Shown here: one piece after another, positions 36,847-48,620 of the stretch
How positions within the stretch are numbered: the stretch's first letter is position 1
Layout: every line of letters starts with the position of its first letter
NCBI GenBank assembly: GCA_963924565.1
Contig: OZ004615.1
Span: forward strand, 26,474,001 to 26,538,000
From: Ascidiella aspersa
Taxonomy: Eukaryota
Length of the DNA stretch: 64,000 nt
Reading direction: 5' to 3'
Program-made: the position numbers and the translations under genes
The notes under the pieces: model-generated
The model's database searches: none
Told to the model about the DNA's origin: nothing
What the model saw: only the letters and a program-made list of their open reading frames with translations

Positions 36847-36982
36847 CAAGATGCTGTCGATCTCCTCGACCTTTTTGGCTTTAAAATTTATTATCAACCA
36901 ATAATAATACTTATGCGTACAGATCAAACCAACTCAAATAAAAAAGCTCTTTAAACTTTCAAACAATTTTAATTCCCTGAGA

Positions 36983-39900
36983 TTAAATATATGTAGCGCC
37001 CTATTTGCTAAATTAAATATATGAAACGCCCTGTTAACCAAATTAAATATATAAAACGCCCTATTGAATAAATTAAATATATAAAATTCCCTGTTGGCTA
37101 AATTAAATATATGAAACGCCCTGTTGACTAAATTTAATACATGAAACGCCCTATGAATAAATTAAATATATAAAATTCCCTATTGGCTTAATTGAATATA
37201 TGAAACGCCCTGTTGACTAAATTTAATACATGAAACGCCCTATTGAATGAATTAAATATATAAAATTCCCTGTTGGCTAAATTAAATATATAAAATTCCC
37301 TGTTGGCTTAATTAAATATATGAAACGCCCTGTTGACTAAATTAAATATATGAAACGCCCTATGAATAAATTAAATATATAAAATTCCCTATTGGCTTAA
37401 TTGAATATATGAAACGCCCTGTTGACTAAATTAAATATATGAAACGCCCTATTGAATGAATTAAGTATATAAAATTCCCTGTTGGCTAAATTAAATATAT
37501 GAAACGCCCTGTTGACTAAATTAAATATATGAAACGCCCTAGTCCATCAATTAAATATATGAAACGCCCTATTGATTAAATTAAATATATGAAACGCCCT
37601 ATTGAATAAATTAAATATATGAAACGCCCTATTGATTAAATTAAATATATGAAACGCCCTATTTGCTAAATTAAATATATAAAATTCCATATTGGCTAAA
37701 TTAAATATATTAAACGCCCTGTTGACTAAATTAAATATATGAAACGCCCTATTGAATAAATTAAATATATGAAACGCCCTATTGACTAAATATATGAAAC
37801 ACCCTCGTACATAAATCAAATATATGAAACGCCATGTTGACTAAATTAAATATATGAAACGACTTGTTGACTAAATAAATATATGAAATGCCCTGCTGAC
37901 TACATTAAATATATGAAACGCCTTGTTGACTAAATAAATATATGAAATGCCCTGCTGACTAAATAAATATATGAAATGCCCTGCTGACTACATTAAATAT
38001 ATGAAACGCCTTGTTGACTAAATAAATATATGAAACGCCCTGTTGACTAAATAAATATATGAAATGCCCTGCTGACTAAATAAATATATGAAATGCCCTG
38101 CTGACTACATTAAATATATGAAACGCCTTGTTGACTAAATTAAATATATGAAACGCCATGTTGACTAAATTAAATATATGAAATGCCCTGCTGACTACAT
38201 TAAATATATGAAACGCCTTGTTGACTAAATAAATATATGAAACGCCTTGTTGACTAAATAAATATATGAAACGCCTTGTTGACTAAATAAATATATGTAA
38301 TGCCCTGTGACTAAATATATATATGAAATGCCCTCCTGACTACATTAAATATATGAAACGCCTTGTTGACTAAATTAAATATATGAAACGCCATGTTGAC
38401 TACATTAAATATATGAAACGCCTTGTTGACTAAATTAAATATATGAAACGCCTTGTTGACTAAATAAATATATGAAATGCCCTGCTGACTACATTAAATA
38501 TATGAAACGCCATGTTGACTAAATTAAATATATGAAACGCCATTTTAACTAAATAAAATATATAAAACGCCCTAGTCCATAAATTAAATATATGAAACGC
38601 CCTGTTGACTAAATAAATATATGAAACGCCCTGTTGTCTAAATAAATATGTGAAACGCCTTGTTGACTAAATTAAATATATGAAACGCCTTGTTGACTAA
38701 ATTAAATATATGAAACGCCATGTTAACTAAATAAATATACAAAACGCCTTTTTGACTAAATAAATATATGAAATGCCCTGCTGACTACATTAAATATATG
38801 AAACGCCCTATTGACTAAATAAATATATGAAACGCCTTGTTAACCAAATAAATATATGAAACGCCCTGTTGACCAAATTAAATATATAAAACGCCATGTT
38901 AACTAAATAAATATAGAACACGCCTTTTTGACTAAATAAATCTATGAAATGCCCTGCTGACTACATAAAATATATGAAACGCCATGTTGATTGAATTAAA
39001 TATATGAAACGCCCTATTGATTAAATTAAATATATAAAATTCCCTGATGGCTAAATTAAATATATGAAACGCCCTATTTGCTAAATTAAATATATAAAAT
39101 TCCATCTTGGCTAAATTAAATATATTAAACGCCCTGTTGACTAAATTAAATATATGAAACGCCCTATTGAATAAATTAAATATATGAAACGCCCTATTGA
39201 CTAAATATATGAAACACCCTCGTACATAAATCAAATATATGAAACGCCATGTTGACTAAATTAAATATATGAAACGACTTGTTGACTAAGTCAAATATTT
39301 GAAACGCCATTTTAACTAAATAAAATCTATAAAACGCCCTAGTCCATAAATTAAATATATGAAAGGCCTTGTTGAATAAATAAATATATGAAATACCCTG
39401 CTGACTAAATAAATATATGAAATGCCCTGCTGACTACATTAAATATATGAAACGCCTTGTTGACTAAATTAAATATATGAAACGGCATGTTGACTACATT
39501 AAATATATGAAACGCCTTGTTGACTAAATGAATATATGAAACGCCTTGTTGACTAAATAAATATATGAAACGCCTTGTTGACTAAATTAAATATTTGAAA
39601 CGCCATTTTAACTAAATAAAATATATAAAACGCCCTAGTCCATAAATTAAATATATGAAACGCCTTGTTGACTAAATAAATATATGAAACGCCCTGTTGA
39701 CTAAATAAATATATGAAATGCCCTGCTGACTAAATAAATATATGAAATGCCCTGCTGACTACATTAAATATATGAAACGCCTTGTTGACTAAATTAAATA
39801 TATGAAACGCCATGTTGACTAAATTATATATATGAAATGCCCTGCTGACTACATTAAATATATGAAACGCCTTGTTGACTACATTAAATATATGAAACGC

Positions 39901-42900
39901 TATGTTGACTTAATTAAATATATGAAATGCCCTGCTGACTAAATTAAATATATGAAACGCCTTGTTGACTAAATAAATATATGAAACGCCTTGTTGACTA
40001 AATAAATATATGAAATGCCCTGCTGACTAAATAAATATATGAAATGCCCTGCTGACTACATTAAATATATGAAACGCCTTGTTGACTAAATAAATATATG
40101 AAACGCCCTGTTGACTAAATAAATATATGAAATGCCCTGCTGACTAAATAAATATATGAAATGCCCTGCTGACTACATTAAATATATGAAACGCCTTGTT
40201 GACTAAATAAATATATGAAATGCCCTGCTGACTAAATAAATATATGAAATGCCCTGCTGACTACATTAAATATATGAAACGCCTTGTTGACTAAATAAAT
40301 ATATGAAATGCCCTGCTGACTAAATAAATATATGAAATGCCCTGCTGACTACATTAAATATATGAAACGCCTTGTTGACTAAATAAATATATGAAACGCC
40401 CTGTTGACTAAATAAATATATGAAATGCCCTGCTGACTAAATAAATATATGAAATGCCCTGCTGACTACATTAAATATATGAAACGCCTTGTTGACTAAA
40501 TTAAATATATGAAACGCCATGTTGACTAAATTAAATATATGAAATGCCCTGCTGACTACATTAAATATATGAAACGCCTTGTTGACTAAATAAATATATG
40601 AAACGCCTTGTTGACTAAATAAATATATGAAACGCCTTGTTGACTAAATAAATATATGTAATGCCCTGCTGACTAAATAAATATATGAAATGCCCTGCTG
40701 ACTACATTAAATATATGAAACGCCTTGTTGACTAAATTAAATATATGAAACGCCATGTTGACTACATTAAATATATGAAACGCCTTGTTGACTAAATTAA
40801 ATATATGAAACGCCTTGTTGACTAAATAAATATATGAAATGCCCTGCTGACTACATTAAATATATGAAACGCCATGTTGACTAAATTAAATATATGAAAC
40901 GCCATTTTAACTAAATAAAATATATAAAACGCCCTAGTCCATAAATTAAATATATGAAACGCCCTGTTGACTAAATAAATATATGAAACGCCCTGTTGTC
41001 TAAATAAATATGTGAAACGCCTTGTTGACTAAATTAAATATATGAAACGCCTTGTTGACTAAATTAAATATATGAAACGCCATGTTAACTAAATAAATAT
41101 ACAAAACGCCTTTTTGACTAAATAAATATATGAAATGCCCTGCTGACTACATTAAATATATGAAACGCCCTATTGACTAAATAAATATATGAAACGCCTT
41201 GTTAACCAAATAAATATATGAAACGCCCTGTTGACCAAATTAAATATATAAAACGCCATGTTAACTAAATAAATATACAAAACGCCTTTTTGTCTAAATA
41301 AATCTATGAAATGCCCTGCTGACTACATTAAATATATGAAACGCCATGTTGATTGAATTAAATATATGAAACGCCCTATTGATTAAATTAAATATATAAA
41401 ATTCCCTGATGGCTAAATTAAATATATGAAACGCCTTGTTGACTAAATAAATATATGAAATGCCCTGCTGACTACATTAAATATATGTAGCGCCTTATTT
41501 GCTAAATTAAATATATGAAACGCCCCGTTGACTAAATTAAATATATGAAACGCCCTATTGATTGAATTAAATATATGAAACGCCCTATTGATTAAATTAA
41601 ATATATAAAATTCCCTGCTGACTACATTAAATATATGAAACGCCATGTTGACTAAATTAAATATATGAAACGCCTTGTTGACTAAATTAAATATTTGAAA
41701 CGCCATTTTAACTAAATTAAATATATAAAACGCCCTAGTCCATCAATTAAATATATGAAACGCCTTGTTGACTAAATAAATATATGAAACGCTCTTTTGA
41801 CTAAATAAATATATGAAATGCCCTGCTGACTACATTAAATATATGAAACGCCTTGTTGCCTAAATTAAATATATGAAACGCCTTGTTGACTAAATTAAAT
41901 ATATGAAACGCCTTGTTGACTAAATTAAATATATGAAACGCCTTGTTGACTAAATAAATATATGAAACACCATGTTGACCAAATTAAATATATGAAACGC
42001 CCTATTGATTGAATTAAATATATGAAACGTCCTAATGAATAAATTAAATATATAAAATTCCCTGATGGCTAAATTAAATATATGAAACGCCTTGTTGACT
42101 AAATAAATATATGAAATGCCCTGCTGACTACATTAAATATATGAAACGCCATGTTGACTAAATTAAATGTATGAAACGCCTTGTTGACTAAATAACTATA
42201 TGAAACGCCTTGTTGACTAAATTAAATATATTAAACGCCTTGTTGACTAAATAAATATATGAAATGCCCTGCTGACTACATTAAATATATGAAACGCCAT
42301 GTTGACTAAATTAAATGTATGAAACGCCTTGTTGACTAAATTAAATATATGAAATGCCCTGCTGACTGCATTAAATATATAAAACGCACTAGTCCATAAA
42401 TTAAATATATGAAACGCCTTGTTGACTAAATAAATATATGAAACGCCCTGCTGACTAAATAAATATATGAAATGCCCTGCTGACTACATTAAATATATGA
42501 AACGCCTTGTTGACTAAATTAAATATATGAAACGCCATGCTAACTAAATTAAATATATAAAACGCCCTAGTCCATGAATTAAATATATGAAACGCCTTGT
42601 TGACTAAATAAATATATGAAACGCCCTGTTGAATAAATAAATATATGAAACACCATGTTGACCAAATTAAATATATGAAACACCATGTTGACCAAATTGA
42701 ATGTATGAAACGCCTTGTTGACCAAATAACTATATGAAACGCCCTGTTGACTACATTAAATATATGAAACGCCATGTTGACTAAATTAAATATATGAAAC
42801 GCCATGCTAACTAAATTAAATATATAAAACGCCCTAGTCCATCAATTAAATATATGAAACGCCTTGTTGACTAAATAAATATATGAAACGCCCTGTTGAA

Positions 42901-44033
42901 TAAATAAATATATGATACGCCATGCTAACTAAATTAAATATATGAAACGCCCTAGTCCATGAATTAAATATATGAAACGCCCTGTTGACTAAATAAATAT
43001 ATGAAACGCCTTGTTGACTAAATAAATATATAAAACGCCATGTTGACTAAATTAAATATATGAATCACCTTGTTGACTAAATTAAATATATGAAAAGCCA
43101 TGCTAACTAAATTAAATATATAAAACGCCCTAGTCCATGAATTAAATATATGAAACGCCTTGTTGACTAAATAAATATATGAAACGCCCTGTTGAATAAA
43201 TAAATATATGATACGCCTTGTTGACTAAATTAAATATATGAAACGCCCTACTGACCAAATAAATATATGAAACGCCTTGTTGACTAAATTAAATATATGA
43301 AACGCCCTAGTCCATAAATTAAATGTAAGAAACGCCTTGTTGACTAAATTAAATATATAAAAACGCCCTGTTGACAAAATAAATATATGAAACGCCCTGT
43401 TTGAGCAAATACATATATGAAACACCCTGTTGGGTTAAATATACGGAATACCCTAGTTCATAAATTAAATATATAAAACGCCCTTCTGACTAAATTAAAT
43501 ATATGAAACGCCTTGTTGACTAAATTAAATATATGAAACGCCTTGTTGATTAAATTAAATATATGAAACGCCTTGTTGACTAAATAAATATATGAAATGC
43601 CCTGCTGACTACATTAAATATATGAAACGCCATGTTGACTAAATAAATAGATGAAACGCCCATTGACCAAATAAATCTATGAAACGCCATGTTGACTAAT
43701 AAATTATATAAAACGCCCTGTTGATTAAATTAAATATATGAAAGTAAATATATGAAATCCCTTGTTGGCTAAATTAAATATATGAAACGCCCTAAGGACC
43801 AAATAAATATATATAAAACGCCCTATTGAATAAATTAAATATACGAAACGCCCGGTTGTCTAAATTAAAATAGGAAACACCATGTTGATTAAATAAATAT
43901 GTGAAGCACCCTGTTGACTTAATTAAATGTTTGAAACACCTTGTTGTCTCAATAAAACATGTGAAACGCCTTGTTGGCCAAGTTAAATATATGAAACGCC
44001 ATGTTAACTAAATTAAATATATGTCACGCCTTA
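36983..44033. repeat. ~7-kb AT-rich 29-30-bp tandem satellite (intergenic)
   Basis: Consensus AAATTAAATATATGAAACGCCTTGTTGACT with recurring variants; degenerate at both edges. Confidence 0.97.
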
Positions 44034-44429
44034 GTTTCTCTAAAATGTAATATATGTAATGTAATATATGTAATTTTCTTAGAATTAACGTTTAAAACTC
44101 TAAACCAAGTATTTGTGGCACATTATTTCGGTCAATAAAATATGTAAATACAATTAAATTCTTAGCCTGAAGTTAAAAAAATCAGAATAACCTTGCATAA
44201 GTATTCTATGTGATATTTTGAACCGTGTGCACTCAAGCGTGCAAGTTGTGTTGCTAAATTTATTTTTTTTTTAAGTAGAAATTTTTTGTTACTTCCCACA
44301 AAATGTATATACTAGGTTTCGCCAGACCTTAGGCTGTTCCTAAAGTTTTTAATGTACATTGTGTGAAAATAAATTTGCACCTATTTTAATTTGCTGTTTT
44401 ATAAATGCTTATATCACCAAAGACAGATT

Positions 44430-44690
44430 GGCGCTCTTTCACTATTGTACGTGAAAAGTTATGCAAAAAAAAAAAAAATAATAATACCGCATACCACAAC
44501 GCATATTGTTTGGGTTAGCTTTTGGGTGAGGGTGGGTCAAGTAATATTTTGTTTATTATTAGTAATAACTTGACCCACCCTTAACCAAACGCTAACCCGC
44601 ACCCTAACCAGAACAATATGCGTTGTGGTAAGCGGCATTTAAAGAAACTTTTTTTTTATTAATTTTTACGTACAATAGTGAAAGAGCGCC
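44430..44690. mobile_element. Fold-back MITE
   Basis: TIR GGCGCTCTTTCACTATTGTACGT / ACGTACAATAGTGAAAGAGCGCC plus a nested internal inverted repeat (ACCACAACGCATATTGTT / AACAATATGCGTTGTGGT). A solo copy of the same TIR lies at ~12911-12932. Confidence 0.75.
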
Positions 44691-44712
44691 GACAGTTTAA
44701 CTCTTAAAGCAA

Positions 44713-46081
44713 TATCCGGTATACATGAGCTGGGAGAATTAACCGCAAAAAGCTCATTCGATTTTTGTGGCTCACTTTTGACAAGGAAAAAAACATAGTT
44801 GGAACATGAAAATTTCACAACTGTTAAATACCCTCCCAAAGTTGTTTCTAATATAAAAAAAATTTGCCCAGGTTCCAAGGGGTGGTTTGTAGGGGGGCAA
44901 AACTGTCATTTTTTGTTAATTTTGGTTTTGAGCACTATTCAGAGATAAAAAAATCTGATATATTTATGGATGATGGATACATGACATATACAATGCTAAG
45001 TAACAAAATTTTAAACTTTACCCCTGAACTTTTCATCCGGGGGGTCAAAATGTAAAACACTTTAGGAAATTTCAATGATATATTTACACTAGAAGGAAAT
45101 GACATAAACATCTGAAAATTTCACAAATGTTAGAGAACCATTTAAAGCTGATGTTAAAATAAACATTTTACCTCTTGAAAAAGGGGGAGTATTTTAGTGG
45201 GGTAAAATTAAAATTCGACCGTTTTTGTGTTTGGAGGTGTCTAAAAAACTAAAGAAAACATTGTAAAATAGTTTTCAATTACAAAGACAAATTATAGGTT
45301 GCTTCACTGCAAAATTTTGACCTTCAACTCAAAATAATTAACCCATGGGGGAAAATATTTAAACAAAAATATAGAAATTAAAGTGATTTTTTGATGGAAA
45401 AAAAATTGCAAGCAAAGTGGTGTACACTGCCTGGCAGATTTTTCCTTTAAACTTGCGTCAGTAAAATATGTTGTTTTGTAAAAGCAATAAGTTAATTTAC
45501 TAAGAGAAGCCTCTTTCTAAAAGGCAAGTCGCACGAGCTTAGTTTCACTGAGATGAGACACATTGCACGCTCTGGACAAAATAAGCACAGCAGGGAGCCA
45601 GCCGCTTCGCGGCCAGAATAAAGCAAGCGATATGAACAAATTCTGTATTAAAGGTTTTCTGCCGGCTGCCGCTAGATTGGAGTAGATAGCTGTAAAGAAC
45701 TAAATCGATTACGCCACACTATTGATTTTTGTCCCCAATTAGAGGCGTATAGGGGTGCAAGAAAAAATTGTCAAATATTTATTAATTATAAAGAGAAGTT
45801 ATAGGTTTGCGTCGCAGCAAAATTTATATGAAGACCACTGGCAATCTATCTTGTAAAAGTACGCCATGTCCAACCTATAACACGCAACTTCGGGCCACAT
45901 GCGCTTTTGCCTGCTAAAGCACCAAAACTGGAAGCACAACATTGGTAGAATATGGACACTGACAAATAAGACCCCCTGAAATTATATACAATAACTAAGA
46001 AATAACACCCTGGTAAAGTATAGTAGAACCGCGCTATACCCCCCTAGCAAAATATACAAAAACCGCACACCCTGTCTAGTT
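44713..46081 (+). mobile_element. Probable Helentron/HINE-like interspersed repeat
   Basis: 5' hairpin ATGAGCT...AGCTCAT. 3' end CAAAATATACAAAAACCGCACACCCTGTCTAGTT nearly matches the end at 24613-24645. 45590-45760 is the reverse complement of ~23715-23890. Confidence 0.4.
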
Positions 46082-46946
46082 ACATTAGTTGTTTTTTTTT
46101 CGGATAGTTGTTTATCTCTGATTTTTTTTATAAAACATGATAAGCATTCTCTAAAATCCTACCACTGTTTTACACCAACGAAAGGAGTAGTAGTCCAAAT
46201 TAAAACTGCAAGGAAGAAATAAGTATGGGAGATATATTTAATAATAATACCTGCCCACACTGAACACAAACTCGCACCCTAATCAGAATAACGTTAGCAA
46301 TATAAACTCCTGGACGAAATTGTGCCAAATTTTTTTTTTTGCTATTTGTTTTCAACCAACTTGTTATCTTGATAACTTGAAAACATCAAAATGAAGTGAC
46401 TGACAATGCCAAGATACCAATGCAGGATTTCAATGCGTTGTTCAAATCAATGTTTTCCTAAACGTCACAATTTTGTCAAAAAACATCTTTTTAGGTAAAC
46501 ATTTCAATTTGATAGATAAAATTTTTTTATTTTCAAAGTCCAAAAAGTAATTGACCTACTTATCAGTGTTATTTCTTTTTTGGTCAAGGTAATAGGTGTT
46601 TGTAGGGTTAAGAATGATCATCTGTCCCCATTAATGAAATGTGTTGTCACCCTTCAAAAATTTGTGTCGTTTAAATTGTAAACAATAACAATTCAGTAGG
46701 ATTGAAATTTTGGCTTGAAACATTCTGGATTGTGTACACTGACCAGATTTTTTTAATAAGTTGAAAAACTGCTCACTTGTGTTTTTTTTATCTTTTTACA
46801 AATTGTGGTAATGTTTCCTTGTATTCATAACTTTAATTGTTGTTTTGTTTATTTGAAGCAGGCATTGTAAATGGTCTTTAAATAAACTGAAATTTATGAA
46901 TGACTTAATAATGGAAGTTTGTTTTGACTCGTGAAGGAACTGTGCG

Positions 46947-48017
46947 ATGAAGGTTGTGGTTTGTGGGGGTGGAGTGGTCGGGGTGTGCACTGCTTACTAC
47001 CTTCAACAACTTGGGGTAAATTGCGCGATCGTGGAGCGATGTTCGGTCGCCTGTGCTGCCTCGGGCAAGGCGGGGGGATTTCTGGCTCGTGATTGGTGCA
47101 AATCCGATGGTGCACTCTATAATTTTGCTCAATTAAGTTTTAATCTGCACAAACAGATGGCTTCAACCTTGGGGGGCGCAGAACATTATGATTATCGTCA
47201 GATGAATGCTTATTCCGTCACAATAAACGACCGGCCGAGTGAGTCCAAAAGTACAAAGCTTCCTTGGTTGGACGGGAGCCACGTTAACCAAGTGAGTCTA
47301 CAAAGTATTGGGGAACCAGACACAATCGCTCAGTTGCACCCCTTCAAGTTTGTAAGGACACTAAGTGATGAAATAACAAGCAAAGGTGTGGAAATAATTA
47401 AGGGTGAAATAAGTCTGATCGAAAATAAAGGTGCAACTTTTAATATCCAGCTAGTTAATGGTGAAAACATAAATTGTGATGTCGTCATTTTGTGTTTGGG
47501 GCCATGGACTGGTTTGGCCACAAATTGGTTTCAAAACTTTCCATCGACTTACGGACAAAAAGCTCATTCGATAACTGTTCTTCCAAAAAGCAAAATCCCA
47601 GCTGAAGCTGTTTTCACAGAGTATGGTGAATTTTCACCAGAATTTTATCCCAGGCCCGATGGTGAAGTGTACGTTTGTGGTTTGGCTGAAAATCCGGTTC
47701 CTTCGAAAGAACTGCCAAGTCCATCAGATGTTAAACCAAGTGAAGGGTCTTGTGAAAAAGTGAAAGAAATGTGTGACTTAATAAGCTCATCCATGCACGA
47801 AGGCAAGGTGACCTTGAAGCAAGCATGCTGCATGCCGCTTACACAAGATGGCTTACCCCTGATCGGAAAGTTTAGTGAGAATGTTTATGTTGGGGCAGGA
47901 CATGGGTGTTGGGGAATTCTTAATGCACCGGCCACTGGAAAGTCACTTGCTTCACTTGTTTTGGAGGGAAAATCTGTCATAGACATTGATGCATTTAACC
48001 CAAATCGCTTTTACTGA
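46947..48017 (+). CDS. FAD-dependent oxidoreductase, DAO family (TDA3/C1F5.03c-like), single exon, 356 aa
   Basis: N-terminal Rossmann motif VVCGGGVVG, ASGKAGGFLA, EFYPRPDGEVYVCG, and C-terminal DGLPLIG..GAGHGCWGILNAPATG. Confidence 0.9.
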   Translation: MKVVVCGGGVVGVCTAYYLQQLGVNCAIVERCSVACAASGKAGGFLARDWCKSDGALYNFAQLSFNLHKQMASTLGGAEHYDYRQMNAYSVTINDRPSESKSTKLPWLDGSHVNQVSLQSIGEPDTIAQLHPFKFVRTLSDEITSKGVEIIKGEISLIENKGATFNIQLVNGENINCDVVILCLGPWTGLATNWFQNFPSTYGQKAHSITVLPKSKIPAEAVFTEYGEFSPEFYPRPDGEVYVCGLAENPVPSKELPSPSDVKPSEGSCEKVKEMCDLISSSMHEGKVTLKQACCMPLTQDGLPLIGKFSENVYVGAGHGCWGILNAPATGKSLASLVLEGKSVIDIDAFNPNRFY

Positions 48018-48620
48018 ATAATAAATATTTTTTCTATAAACTTGTTCAATTGAACCGTGATTAGCAAGAAAATTCAGAAAAAATAATTACAAGTCAGATA
48101 TTTTTAATTTAAATAAAAAATTAGGCACTGGTTTTTAGATGACAATAAAATGTCTCACTTATAAGTTAAAGCTTTTAAGTTCAAGTAAAAAAACGAGCTA
48201 AAATGCTACTCCCCAAATTTAAATGAAACTAAGGATGAGAGCACAACTTTTGTCCAATTTATCGGATGACATCTCTGTAATTGTCGTAAAAGTTATGGTC
48301 AATACGTCAAAAGGGCAGAGATGTTACGCTTGAATAGAGACTTTGGTTATGATTCGCATTGAATCATTTTTTGTTAAATACCTAATTAAGTACATTGACA
48401 TTAAGACATTAAAGCAATGATCTTTAAAACAGAAAGAATAAATTGAAAATATTTAATGCAAATATTTTCCTGTTGGATTTGTACAAATTGTGTTGTAATA
48501 AAATGACTAGTAACCTGACGTAATTCCGACGATGGTTTGTTTATTTTTTGTGAAAACAGTCTGAATTGTAAGTTTTTTATTTAACAGTTGTTGAGCTGAT
48601 GGTTTATAATACAAGTTGAA

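Noticed and set aside
37547-43425. ORFs of type NRAFHIFNL in the AT-rich satellite
   Set aside because: They are translations of the 30-bp unit, broken wherever 29-bp units occur.
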